Positions 1-13,011 of a stretch of 64,000 bases of DNA are shown piece after piece; positions within the stretch are counted from its first letter, which is position 1, and every line of letters starts with the position of its first letter. The position numbers were made by a program, and so were the translations under genes. A model generated the notes under the pieces. It was not told where the DNA came from. It saw only the letters and a program-made list of their open reading frames with translations, and did not search any database. The DNA comes from Mytilus trossulus. Lineage: Eukaryota. Location: assembly GCF_036588685.1 (NCBI RefSeq), contig NC_086386.1:24800001-24864000 (forward strand). The letters are read 5' to 3'.

Positions 1-1447
1 TCATTAAAAATGTCTATACGACCACTTTGATTTTTATTTGTAAAACTATGCATTTTCAGACAAACCAAAATCGGTTACCATATTCACGACCGTAAATTAA
101 CATCGTCACTTATACACTTGAACGCCTAAAGCGTTCTTTATAATCGTCGAAATCGGCTTAATTTGAGGAACGTCGTGTAAATAGTACCAACATCGTGCGC
201 AACGTCAAATTTCAAAATTGCATACGCATATGCATATATTCTAAGAGAAAAACAGTTTGTTACATATTTGTATATTAAGTCATGTTATAAGTATGTGTAA
301 TAAGCTTATGATGAAATGCCAGTTTTTGATTGGTTATAACGAGAGAGACCGTTTGCCTTATTTCTGACTTTGAGGATTTTGAATGTCACCCTATTATTCA
401 GACTAATAAAAAATCAATGTTTTGGAGACAATGAATTGAATCTACATACATTGTACATAATTCTATAACACATTTTAAAGTCATATGAAACGAGTGAGTG
501 GTGAAAAATAATGTTTATCCAATTCGTGAACCAATGCATGTATATATCTTAAACTTAGTCCTCGGTGCACGAATTTATCATTTTTTACGCAAATATATCG
601 TTTAATTGTCAATTTGTTTCTCTCTGTCTGTGATGATTTAACAAATATGGCTGCTCATTAAATGCCGTGTTTTGAAGCCGATGTTCACCGATTGTCACCT
701 TATAGTAAACAAATAACAAAAAGCATGGGTATTGAGTACGTGTTTATCATGTACAATCAGATAATTGTTTATTTCAATGACAGATCCATGCGTATTGCGA
801 TCACTGGATATTTACTAGGAGGGTTACGCTCAAGTCACTATGCATACGGAAATTATGTCAGCGAATTGCTTCCTGGAAGAAAGCAATTAAAAATAAGAAA
901 ACTTCTTCTAAATGTGGATAAAGTAAAGAATGTTCATCAGAAAAAAGTATATGTACATAAGTTGTATAATGAAAACTATCTATTTAGTTATAAAAAAAAC
1001 ATATGCATAATTGTTTTTAATTTGATGTTTCTTGTGACTTTAAAGTTTATCGTTTTGACCTCAGGTCTTTTTCATAGACTGTTTTACATTAATAAACTCA
1101 TCATAGATACCAGGAATAAAATTACACTTACACCAGACGCGCGAGTCGTCTACAAAAGTCTCGAATCAAAAAAATGTTTAAAAGGACAAATAAGGCACAA
1201 AGCTAAAGAGCATTGAGGATCAAAAATGCCTAAAATATTTACCAAATACAGCTTAAGTATCAATCTTCTCGTCACTTTTGTTACATTTCTAAGGAAAATA
1301 ACGTGTGAGATCGTCTTCATATGTCCTATTTATACATTATTCAATGTCACAGGATTTTTAATTGCATACTTTATGTTTGTTTATGTATGCGTTTGTACGT
1401 ACGTATTTATCATTTTTTTAAATCTTTTTTTCAAATCTTTTTTTCAG

Positions 1448-1833
1448 CTCACTTTACAGTCACATTACCTTCAGGTAAAACAACAGTGGGTGTAGGAAAT
1501 AAAGTCAAATACAACACGGCCGTCGACAACCCCGCAACTAGCGGATATAGTACCACTACGGGTATTTTTACTGTACCAGCAACTGGAACTGGAGCTGGAA
1601 ATGGTGTTTACTCACTGTCTGTGTCCATGATGTCTGGTACTCAATCCGCTCACCTCACTCTAAGGAAGGGTACAACAGTTTTGGCATGGCTATACACTAA
1701 TAAAGATTATAACATGGCATCTCAAACTGTAAATGTTAATTTGGTAGCAGGTGATATGATTTCTGTACAAATGAATAGCGGGGCAGACCTGTTTGATGTT
1801 TACAATACTTTCAGCGTAGCTAAGGTAGCATAA
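1448..1833 (+). CDS. Terminal coding exon of a secreted C1q-domain (C1qDC) gene; upstream exons lie outside the window
   Basis: Acceptor ttttcag|CT at 1447/1448 (phase 1). Translation AHFTVTL...GYSTTTGIFTVP...GVYSLSV...NLVAGDMISVQM...YNTFSVAKVA* has the gC1q pattern. About 55% identical by eye to the exon at 51734-52110, with the same acceptor phase. The first 42 aa of the listed 1321 ORF are intronic. Confidence 0.85.
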
Positions 1834-1907
1834 ATATGAGAGAACAAATTTATCGAATCAGCCTAAAACATAAAATGGACTAAAAATGTAAGCAGTGAAT
1901 GCTGTCA

Positions 1908-1913
1908 AATAAA
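1908..1913 (+). promoter_or_regulatory. Polyadenylation signal of the first C1qDC gene
   Basis: AATAAA 75 nt after the stop, in a 3'UTR block also conserved in the paralog (51652-51657, -). Confidence 0.7.
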
Positions 1914-2906
1914 GTTTACCATTCTTATATTGTTACACTTTTTTGATCGAGTAATAAGCTACCAAACACATTCAAAGTATTGTTTAGACTTTATACGTAA
2001 AACAAAAAAAGTATTCCATTATTGTATTATTAGTATATTGTTATGCATTTTATCACAACCTTAACTTTGCGATAAACATATAATCTTATATTATACTAGA
2101 TTATGGAATTTGTGTCCGACCGAGAACATCTCTATGTTCAATACTTTAGGAATAAAGGCCTTCGACTGTTGTCTGCTATATGGTCGGGTTGTTGTCGCTT
2201 TGACACATTCCCCATTTCTTTTCTTAGTTTTATTTTCTAATTATTACATGATTTATCTTTACCCTGGCATGTTGATTTTGTTTCATAGATCACACTACTT
2301 CCTTGATCAAAATTCGACAATGTCGTTAAGTTTTCATGCCTTTCTTCTGAATACTAGTATCCTGTTATCACGAGTTAAAAGTAGACCAGACCTGATGATG
2401 TCACATAGAAAGGACACACCTTTCTACACATTTTTTGAAAGGAATGATAAAATGTGTCTGCATATTGTTTAAAATAAAAATTATTAGCGAAACACCAAAT
2501 ATTGTGCAAAACGATACTTATCCACCCTTGACAGTTTGTTTTGAAGTATTCAAAACGCTCGGCGATCGTCTCGTTTACAATTTTGAAAATTTAATTGTCT
2601 TGACTGGATAAATATCGTTTCACACTCGATACAGTAGTATAATATCTATATCTAAGACGGATATGATATATATAAGAAAATGAGGAATTCGTGAATAAGA
2701 GAACAAAACGACACATACAACATACTGATCTTAAATATCTAAACAAAATAATGGTCAACTCATATTGTTGCATATCAGTTTGAAATACAACAAGATTCCT
2801 TACGACAACATGTTAAAAACCAAACAGTCTATTCAATTCTACAAGTGAATTTTCCTGTTTGTGTGAAGGTATTTCAAAATTTCTGGAACAAATAAAAAGA
2901 TAATAA

Positions 2907-4269
2907 ATTGCTTTGCTGAGCGTAGCTGGATACGACTGCAGAAGTCCAACCTTGAAAAGTTGGGGCTAAACTGGACACAAAATTCACGTTTGATGCAGGT
3001 CTGAATTTGGAATGTATTTTAAGTTTTGACACATAATAGGTTTGTGACAAATAAAACTGTACTCAAAGAACTTCAAATTAGTTATATGATTTCGATTTAT
3101 ATTCAACCTTTTGCTTTTGTGCAATACACTATTCGGTTGCAATAAAAATAAGAATGGAAATGGAGAATGTATCAAAGAGACAACAACCCGACAATAGAAA
3201 AAAACAACAGCAGAAGGTCACCAACAGGTCTTCAATGTAACGAGAAATTCCCGCTCCCGGAGGCGTCCTTCAGCTGGCCCCTAAACAAATATATACTAAT
3301 TCAGTGATAATAACGCCATACTAATTTCCAAATTGTACACAAGAAACTAAAATTAAAAAAAATACAAGACCAGAGGCTCCTGACTTGGGACAGGCGCAAC
3401 AATGCGGCGGGGTTAACCATGTTTATGAGATCTCAACCCTCCCCCTATACCTGTAGCCAATGTAGAAAAACGTTTTTTATCCCATTTTTCTTTGCTTTTG
3501 TGTAATACATTTCGCTGTTGAATATGAAACACCAAAAACAAATATTTGAAGAAATTTTCCTTTAATTTCTGAAATCTGATATAAAAAAATGTGTCCCCAT
3601 TTTATTTTTACCCCTATCCACTTTCCCTGATTCCCAAAAGAAATCTCTTTCCCTCATGATATGGATAGTATCGCTATTCAAATTGTAATGGTGTTCGCAA
3701 CCACAATTACACATTTAAATACATCATAAAAGTTTTTAAATATAAAATGACATACATAATCATGGCTAAAATTAATATTAATTAATAGTAATTAATAGAA
3801 ATAAATTAACAGCTTATCATCTGAAGATAATCATCGTTAATTAAAATATAATTAACAAGCAGTATAAGGGAGGTAATCAAACAGTGTTCTTTTAATTGAT
3901 TTTGATTACCTCCCTTACACTGCTTTTAAATTGTCTCAATTGTCCTTTAACCAGAAAACCTCTTGTTTTCCTTTCCCCCATAATTTCATAATGGTTTGCG
4001 CCATAATCCCGATCCTAACCATCCCTGTGTAGTATGGACACTTGTGGTATAATTTCAGAGAGATTGATACACTTTAACACAAGTTATTGTCTTGAAACTA
4101 AAACAATGCTTATATGGGCCCCTTTTTTGGCCCGTAATTCTTAGACAGTTGGGACTATAAATACGAAAATCAATCACAATCTTCCTGTCTTCGGACGAAG
4201 CTGACGACGACAACGACATTGTAATACAATTTACAATAAGAAAAAATGAGTTTTGCGGTCGTATAAAAA
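2907..4269 (-). mobile_element. Non-autonomous Helentron/HINE (DINE-1/pearl-like) element with a nested SINE-like repeat
   Basis: On the minus strand: 5' TTTTTATACGACCGCA subTIR, (GTC)n microsatellite near 4200, 3' subTIR copy TGCAGTCGTATC followed by a short hairpin and TTT. Confidence 0.55.
3145..3470 (-). repeat. Abundant SINE-like interspersed repeat (related copies about 2155-2225, 5385-5890, 36190-36430)
   Basis: Shared blocks GAATGTGTCAAAG(A/C)GACAAC, GGCGTCCTTCAGCTGG and CTCCTGACTTGGGACAGG recur in both orientations. Confidence 0.6.
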
Positions 4270-7200
4270 TGGGGGGGGGGGGGCGACCTAGTTTTGTCAC
4301 AATAGCAACCTAAGTTTCTTTTTTTCCCAAAAATTCACATGATATTTGCTTGTTATACAAACAATTAAATAATTCCACTATATCAAACCTACAAGCATAT
4401 AGAGTAATTCTTGTTTCACGTTAAAGTGTAGATTTGCGCCTATTAAATACAGATTCAAGAGTTTTAGAATCTGAGACTTATTATTTCGATCTTAAAAAAA
4501 AGATGATTTATTTCATTCCCGCAAACAAAAATGTAAGAATGAAAAATGTTTCTGGTATTTACGAGTGATTTCTTTATAATAATTTCAAGATGGAAAGTGG
4601 CATGTATTCTCATTAACATAAAACAAAAAAGTATTTGTCACCGACCATTCCGAAAAGTTCTGAGTGATTCTCATGGTTTTTTTTTCTCTCTCTCTCTCTC
4701 TCTCGTTTTTGGGAGAATAGTTGTCTTTCTTCAGAACTTCAGAACATTGAATCTGACGTCACAGTAAAAGTTGTCCTTACAAGCGCAATACTCGAGAAAA
4801 AAATGGCACATTGGACGATGTTAACCCATATTCCAATTTTCAAGAATAACAACCATATTCACATTAAAATCTGTTCGAAATAACCATTTATGCCGCTTTC
4901 GAAAGGAAAGTCTGTTTTTTGTCCACACCCTGTCATATGCAAAATCATTGAAAATATAATGTGAAATGAGAGATGACACTGGCTAACTTATAGACTATTT
5001 GACTATACTAGACTAGATGTGAAGATTTTGTTTGGTCTCGGCAATTTCAGAAGTTTGCCCTATTGCAGTTTTTGTCACTATTGACAGACATATAGACACT
5101 AGCATGGACGGACATATTTATATCATTATATGGTTTGTACATGTTGTATAGATTGCCGGCATTGAACATTGAAATTTGTTTTGGTTATTGTAGTTTCTTG
5201 ATAGTGAGAAATTTTATGTTGGATCTTATTCTTTAAGCAATTATTTTTGTCATAACTTAAATTTACAAATACTTTAGTTTTAAACACTGTAATTTTTTAT
5301 TTCAATTCACAATCACGAAGTATTGATTACTTATAATTTTTATCTTATTATATAAAAAGCTGACGAGAATCATCCAGAAATACAAAATTGAGAAAAAAAA
5401 TGGGGAATGTGTCAAAGCGACAACATCTCGACCATAGAGCAGACAACAGCCGAAGGGCACGAATGGGTCTTCAATGCAGCGAGAAACGCTCAAACCCGTA
5501 GGCGTCCTTCAGCTGGTCCCTTAAAAATATGTATACTAGTAGTACAGTGATCATGGACGTCATACTAAACTAGGAATTATACACAAGAAATTAAAACTAA
5601 AAATTGTATAAGACTAACAAAGGCTAGAGGCTCATGATTTAGGACAGACTCAAAATTGCGACGGGGTTAAACATGTTTATGAGGTCTTAACCCTCCTTCT
5701 ATACCTCAAGTCAATGTAGAAAAGTAAACGCTTAACAATACGCACATTAAAATTCAATTTAAGAGAAGTCCGAATCTGATATCCATAATGTCAGAAGATG
5801 TATCAAAAGAAAATAAATAAAATAATAAAATGACAATAATACAAAAATAACAACAGACTATTAGCAGTTAACCGACATGCCAGCTCCATACGTTTATCTA
5901 AACATGCATACGTTGCCAGTATATCGAAACTTCTCGAAAGTATTATTTGCTGGCCTAAACTTCTAACAACTCGACTTTTAAAATCACATAAGTTCAAATC
6001 CTTAGTGCAAGTCATTAGAATTTTTCAGTATAAAGTTCCATGGGCGTACAGATTTGCGTTGATTTAAAAAAAAATCGAACTTTTATTTGCGCCGATATAG
6101 TAATTTAATGAAGTAATCAAACCTAGAATGTATATTGGTTTTATATGGATATAAAAAGTATTCCATTATATTTAAGATAATTTTGGTTATATTATTCGGA
6201 AACTTCGTTTTTACACGATAACGAAAAGAGCGGTGTTGGCAAGCACAGCAAGTATAGAAGATATAAAAAGAGAATCGAAAAATCCCTAATCAAATGACAA
6301 AACCAAAAACTCAGACACATCAAACGACTGGACTCGATATTTTTCGTCGTATTTGTGAAGCATGTTAAAAAGGTTGAATTGTGCAGCAATTCGTATCTAG
6401 TACCCCTTGCCTTTCTTTTGGAGAAACCATATATCATCGTTCTCAAACCAAAAATTATCAACTTTTTAAACATTGTGACTTGGATGGAGATTTTTGTATT
6501 GGCACTCATCCACTAAAACCACATCTTCTTATTTCTATCATTTCTTTCGTTCTGTTATTGCTTAAGATCGAATCTATATTCTTACAGACTCATCCCAAGT
6601 ACATTTAAATATCCCTTTAACGGATCACTTTTCTAACTCGTGTTTTAGAAAACAACATCGAATTATGAGGGGAAAAAAACATAATACTACACACGTTTTC
6701 TGTTAATTTTTGTTTAAATTAACATTGTCATTACCATCACACAATGTCGGTTGGTTATGTGAGTAATGTTATAGATAAGACGACTGTACATTTTTTTCTA
6801 AAAAAAAATTCATCGGAAGGTACCAAGACCTTGTTGATAGATATTCCATATCAATCTCACAAATATTACACGATGGTCTTAAAGTATAGATTCTGTGTAC
6901 TAACGTGGTTTATCATCTTAATAACGTGTTATAGTATTTTTAAATGTTAAGTCTGTTTTTGGTGATATCCATTTGACAATGTTTGACGTGTTATTGTTCT
7001 TAAATTTTTTTGTCTTCTTATCTTTTATATATGTTAATGTGCTTCGTCTAAATGGCTTTTGTTTTGTTTCTTTGATACATATGACGTGGCTCTGTACAGT
7101 CCGCCGTTGTGTTATTTTCTATGATAATTTTTGTATTATTGTCTTTCATTTTTGCTGATCTGCTTTGTTTATAATAAGCCCTTTTGTGTTTCTTGGCTCT

Positions 7201-7467
7201 TTCATAGAAAAAAAACCCACAATTAGCATATAGACAAGCGACAAGAAGGACAAGGGAAACTTCTAATTTAGATTTTGCAAAGAATATGCCTAAAAGAAAT
7301 AGACTATAGCCTGTTTTTTACTTTAAACGACAAATTTAGTAGATATCTACCTGTGTGACGTCAAATGCGCGATTCTTCGTCAGAGTTAATGTTAACTTTA
7401 CCATGTGCCGGTCAGGGTATAGATTCAGTTCCGGTGCTTAAAATAGTTCAATCCTTTATCAGTGAAC

Positions 7468-7985
7468 TTAAGAAAGAGGGACAAAAGATACCAGAGGGAC
7501 AGTCAAACTCATTAATCGATAATAAACTGATAACGTCATTGCTAAAATGAAAAGAACAAACAGACAAACAATAGTACACATGACACAAAATAGAAAACTA
7601 AAAAATAAACAACACGAACCCCTCGAAAAACTAGGGATGCATCGGACAGGGTCAGCAGATTCTGCTCCACATGACAACATAACAAATCCGGAAAATAGTC
7701 TTATTAGGTAGATCACATTCATGAAAGGGAAGGGAATATAGTTTCGACGTAAGGAACAAATTCGATATCATTTGTGAAACGGTTATTTCAAAATGGTTAA
7801 CCAACTCGTGATTGCGTCCGTAAAATTTACGAAGGGATGATTTCATCTTCACCATTTGGAACTCTTGGTTTGATAGCTTCCTTGTGAGCAGCAACTCTCT
7901 ATCAAGAAAATCATGATAGAAAATGCAATCACGAAAATATCTTATCAATTGGGAGATATATACCCCGTATGCAGGTGCTGCTGCA
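7468..7985 (-). mobile_element. Penelope-like element fragment: RT C-terminus plus 3' UTR (Naiad-like arrangement)
   Basis: ORF 7652-8038 contains APAYGVYISQLIRYFRDC...DFLDRELLLTRKL...LRKFYGRNHELV, a PLE-type RT thumb. Related copies at about 39605-40265 (-), 47530-48070 (+) and a UTR piece at 61160-61350. Confidence 0.65.
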
Positions 7986-8839
7986 AAGTGGTTAAGATTA
8001 TGATATAATATTGACTGCTGTTCCCCTATATTTGACAATTTTGTCTATTTGACTTGTTCACTCATCGTTGCCAATATAATGGAATTTGATGCGACTGTCA
8101 TACAAGTCAGAGGTTTAGCTAGCTGTAATACCAGGTTCGACCCCCCCCCCCCCATATATGTGTATATGCAAATGATACTTTAAAAACATTATATCAAATA
8201 CTTTTCAGCTGCGTTTACAGCAACATCACCTTCATGTATTGAATCAGTGAGTATAGGAGGTTTAGTTATATATAGCAGATTGATTTTTGGACATGGAACT
8301 GCATATAGTACAAGTACGGGTATTTTTAGTAGTCAGTGCTTTAGTACGGTGACCGAGTAAGGAAAAGTCGCTTATTTAAGGAGTTTAATTGTCATTCGGA
8401 GTAAGCGGCTATAAATCACAGTATTGGTAGTTGAAATATTATTCTAAACATTATGACTTGTCGGCAAAAAATCGTACAGTGCAATTTTTGTAAATTGGGC
8501 TTTGAAATACGTTAGTTAACTTGAACGCAAAATCGACGTAGAAATGTTTTTAGCTCTAAATTGTAAAATAACATCCGTGATATGATTTCTGTTATTATAT
8601 ACTTTGTTGTTACACCTTATTTCAACGATTTCAAATAAAGTTTAGCAAAATTAATGCGATATTTAGAGTTTATGTAAAAGATTAACACTACGAATATTTT
8701 GCATTGAACAGAGTACGTTTCAATTTAATTTCATCATTTTTTTTAACACAAATTGTAAAATAATTCACAGTTTTATGATATTTAATACCTTTATTTATCA
8801 ATAATATCAAATTCATTTATATCAGAAGCATTATTTTAG

Positions 8840-9950
8840 CAATTCAAGCCAAATATAAGTTGTAACCCTCATACGACGGAGCTAGTCGAAGATAATGTAC
8901 AGCCTATTATAGATACATATAAGCAATTGGGAATGTGCTGTATCAACTGCCTTCAAAAACTAGGATGTGTTCCTTGAAGCAGTTGATATTTACTGTCAAA
9001 TGTTAGAGTAGAACGAAAGGGAAATTGGTCACTTCCTTGAGATCGTCATCTCAAATGTAACCTCATGTTTTTGTAACCAACCGTACTAATTACTGAAGGC
9101 GTACGCCAGTTTACATACTCGGTATGCTTCAACCTTCTGAGAATTTGATAGATTGTTACGTTACCTTCAGACAGACTCCTTGGCATTTCAGCGGTTCATG
9201 GAAAGACATGGCAACAGAAAGACCATTCTAGAAGCCTCGCGTGGATCAGGTGGCACTGTAGGCATAACAAATCAAAAGTCTGCGCTTGTAAGATGGACCT
9301 TTTCTAGACATTTCTAAGAATCTCTTAGACGTGTAACGCAGAAAAGGGCTGGAACTGCTGCAAATAATGCATTATCACAAGGGGAAATAAAGCTAAAAGC
9401 AATGAAAAGAGATGAAGAACATGTTATTGCCATTGTTGATCTGAATGATCCATGAATAATCCGTTTGATGTGGAATCACATCCTCCATGTCTTGAAGGCT
9501 TGAGAATGTCTAAACATTTTATCACTAGTGCTCTGTCTTTAGATCCAGGCAAGGAGTCTTTATAGTCCAATATCAAAGTCAAAACTAAAAAAGTTTTACA
9601 ACATGACCACAAAAGCAAACAAAAGATATAAATCGGGGGAAATACTTTTATCTCACATAAATCCATAACTTGTATTTAGACGTGAACTGATTTTGGCAAA
9701 ATGTAGAGATGCTGTTACCATAGAACGTGTGCTGTCGCACTCTGTAGGTTCCATTCCAAATTCTGACTATTAAAACATATGTTCTGATGAATTTCTATAG
9801 CGCACACAGTAGCAGATGTTTTGACCGCTACGACATGAACAACTCTATAACGTCTGACGAAAGGGAACGCTGCACAAAGACTACAGCTTCCACCAAAGTG
9901 TATAAGATTATTGAGGTGAGAAGTACTCCTGATGGCAATACCTTGACAAA
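8840..9950 (+). pseudogene. Degenerate Academ-type DNA transposase relic
   Basis: Broken frames read ERKGNWS, TNRTNY, RQTP.HFSG...DMATE, RGSGGTVGITNQKSALVRWTFSRH, MKRDEEHV, NPFD and (F)DRYDMNNSI...ERER. This motif series matches Academ transposases as I recall them. Many stops and frameshifts. Confidence 0.55.
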
Positions 9951-10570
9951 TCCCTTATGATTCCCCCTGATGTGAGCTTTACATAGCCAGAACGGTTTTT
10001 TTTAAATGTAAATTTCGAAATTGTCCAAGTTATTTATACCAACACTGTTAATGGCTGTTGTAACTTGCTTAGCACTCAAGAGGAGACCTAGGCTGATACT
10101 TAATGCCTTAAACTTTGACGCGAAGTTTAGAGAAATTGGTAAGATCGGAAGAATATGTATACAAACATCTTATTTAAATGTGTTTGTTCTATGTGTTCAC
10201 TACTATAAATATATGACACATTCAAGCGAATTGTGGGTGCAGATGGGGAGCATTAGCAGTGTAAAGGATGAACGGCGATTTTCACCCATTCACTAACTAT
10301 GTGTATGTTTTCCCAACAATTTGTAAACTACTAACTGCTGTACATGCCCTACCGGATGCAACACAACTTTCTCTCTGCTTGGAGTAGGTAAACAAACTAT
10401 CCAACAGACTTTGAAGGACACGCACGACTTTTTCATTGGTTTTTAGAGTTTCGATAATATTGCCAAAGATAAAGCCCTTTCTGTTCATGAAAGTTAATTT
10501 CTAAGCTCTCCGAATGGTTTACAAAAAAAAAATGGACATTTGCAAAATTACTGCAAGGATTGGTACTTAA

Positions 10571-11709
10571 GGTGGTATAGTAGTCTAAAATAGAAATGAT
10601 AGAATTTGTTCATACTTTGACAAATAAAGGCAACAGTAGTATACCGCTGTTCAAAACTCATAAATCCATGGACAAAAAACAAAATCGGGGTAACAAACCA
10701 AAACCGAGCGAAACGCATTAAATATAAGAGGAGAACAACGACACAACACCGAAACGCAACATACACAGAAACTGACCAATCATCAGACAAAACACCACGA
10801 GAATAACAAATATAACATGAAAACCAAATACATGAATTTGGGATAGACAAGTACCGTGCCACGTCTTATCTCAATATCTCAAAAATAAGAGAAAACACAA
10901 ACGACTCAACGTTAAAATGCAATACACAGAGAAACGAACAATAATATAACAATGCCCAGGATGAATTGTATAAAAAGGCACTAAAAGCCTATTATAAGTT
11001 ATCTAAAGATTTTTTATCCTTGTATCCTTTAGTCAAAACAAGCATGCATGTTTTGGATCATACCATCAAATCCATCCTATTATACAGCTGTGAGATATGG
11101 GGTGCCTTTAACCCAAACGTAGTATCTATAATTGATACATGTTGAAAAATATAATAAAAATGATAGGTCACCGCGCATTTTCTCAAGCTACAGGACGTGA
11201 AAAAATGACACATTTTGTATGGATTATACAGAAAAAAACACCGTTTTCAGATTAGAAACTAAACCAAATGATAGAATTGTTAAATACTTAAGGAAAAGAT
11301 AGCTTTCCGCGCGTCTGGCGTATTTACTAAATTTAGTCCTGGTATCTATGATGAGTTTATTTCAGACAATGCTTTGAGAATATCAATAGAAAAGATATGG
11401 TCACCGTACGTTTTTCCCGGCTAAAATTCAAAATAGGAAAATTCCATGTAGATTCCTTAAAAAAATGCACTGTTTTAGAGTTAACTCTCCTTAAAATGCC
11501 AATTTAAAAAATAAAAAAAACCAAAATTAAACAACATTTGCCAAATTATTAATATTTATGAGGTATATTCTTATAAATTGGTTCTTTTAAACGAAAATTC
11601 ACATTAAATATTTGCATTCTGTATCAAATTTTGCTGACTTGATAGAAAATCTGGACCTTTGGTTCTCAATTTTTTACAATCCAAGATGGAGGAAGACACC
11701 CATACCACC
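10571..11709. mobile_element. Kolobok-type non-autonomous DNA transposon carrying nested insertions
   Basis: TTAA TSD at 10567-10570 and 11710-11713; termini GGTGGTAT...ATACCACC; same family as the uninterrupted copy at 50992-51588. Confidence 0.75.
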
Positions 11710-12320
11710 TTAAGTGTGAAAACAAACAAAACAAAGGTTCTTATATTCAACAAGACAGGTATATTGATATACAATATGATTTTATGCTAAATGGTGTAAA
11801 ACTAGAGTGTGCTAATACATATAAATATTTCGGTAAACATTTTTGTGCATCTGGCTCCTTTACAGTTGCCCAGGATGAATTGTATAAAAAGGCACTAAAA
11901 GCCTATTATAAGTTATCTAAAGATTTTTTATCCTTGTATCCTTTAGTCAAAACAAGCATGCATGTTTTGGATCATACCATCAAATCCATCCTATTATACA
12001 GCTGTGAGATATGGGGTGTCTTTAACCCAAAATGTGGTCTAATTATAGAAATGAGATTTTTTGATTTGATCATATTTACTCTAGATTACCTGCTGAAAAT
12101 CTTTATACTAAATTCTGTAAATTTATTCTTGGAGCTCCAAAAAAAAGCACCAATTTTGCAGTACTAACTGAGTTGGGAAGACTATCAATATATTTTAACA
12201 TGATTAAAGCAATGGCTAAATACTATTACAGACTAGAAAAATCAGACACTAACTTTCCATTGTTATATAATGCATTTACATAATCAAAGAAATTGTATGA
12301 ATCAAAGAAACCATCGTGGT

Positions 12321-12731
12321 ATAGTTATCAAAGGTACCAGGATTATAATTTAGTACGCCAGACGCGCGTTTCGTCTACATAAGACTCATCAGTGACGCTC
12401 CTATCAAAATATTTATAATGCCAAACAAGTACAAAGTTGAAGAGCATTGAGGACCCAAAACTCCAAACAGTTGTGCCAAATACGGCTAAGGTAATCTATG
12501 CCTGGGATAAGAAAATCATAAGTTTTTCGAAAAATTCAAACTTTTGTAAACAGGAAATTTATAAAAATGACCACATTAATGATATTCATGTCAACACCGA
12601 AGTGTTGACTATACTGGGCTGGTGATACCCTCGGGGACGAAACGTCCACCAGCAGTGGCATCGACCCAGTGGTGTAAACAGTTATCAAAGGTACCAGGAT
12701 TATAATTCAGTACGCCAGACGCGCGTTTCGT
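12321..12731 (-). mobile_element. Retrozyme-type (hammerhead-containing, non-autonomous) repeat: one 357-nt monomer plus terminal redundancy
   Basis: The ~51-bp block AGTTATCAAAGGTACC...ACGCCAGACGCGCGTTTCG occurs at about 12323 and 12680 (period 357). GTATA is repeated at both junctions (12319-12323, 12730-12734). Removing the insert restores the LINE frame KPSWYMSSEKL. Confidence 0.8.
12355..12398 (-). ncRNA. Type I hammerhead ribozyme, family A
   Basis: Minus strand reads GCGUCA CUGAUGA GUCU-UAUGU-AGAC GAAA CGCGCG UC UGGCGU: intact core, stems I, II and III pair, GUC cleavage triplet. Confidence 0.88.
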
Positions 12732-12967
12732 ATATGTCATCTGAAAAACTTCTTTCACTGATTAATAATTATCAAATATCCTCAGACACGGCTAAACCAA
12801 TTGACAACAAAAAACTAAGAAATGTTATGTTGAAAGATCGGGAAAAATCTCAAAACTTTCTCAGAAGGAAAACTATGCACAGATGTTACCTTTAAATCAA
12901 ATTTGGTTATGAAAAATATCTTAATATTGTAAAATAGTTATCAAAAGTACCAGGATTACAATTTAGT

Positions 12968-13011
12968 ACACCAGACGCGCGTTTCGTTTACATAAGACTC
13001 ATCAGTGACGC
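12968..13011 (-). ncRNA. Type I hammerhead ribozyme, family A, in a partial retrozyme copy (about 12934-13182)
   Basis: Core CUGAUGA/GAAA/GUC intact; one C.A mismatch in stem II and an extra G.U in stem I. Confidence 0.72.

Noticed and set aside
662-1216. 184-aa ORF
   Set aside because: No recognisable domain; lies in the C1qDC intron and runs through a degenerate retrozyme-type relic (about 1090-1260).
1321-1447. Hydrophobic N-terminus of the 170-aa ORF (and 52111-52195 of the 153-aa ORF) as a signal peptide
   Set aside because: These are polypyrimidine tracts upstream of conserved phase-1 acceptors; the real signal peptide is on a separate exon.
2385-2430. CTGATGA...GAAA hammerhead-like motif
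   Set aside because: Stem I cannot form next to the core, stem II is marginal, and the paralogous site at about 36628 lacks CUGA.
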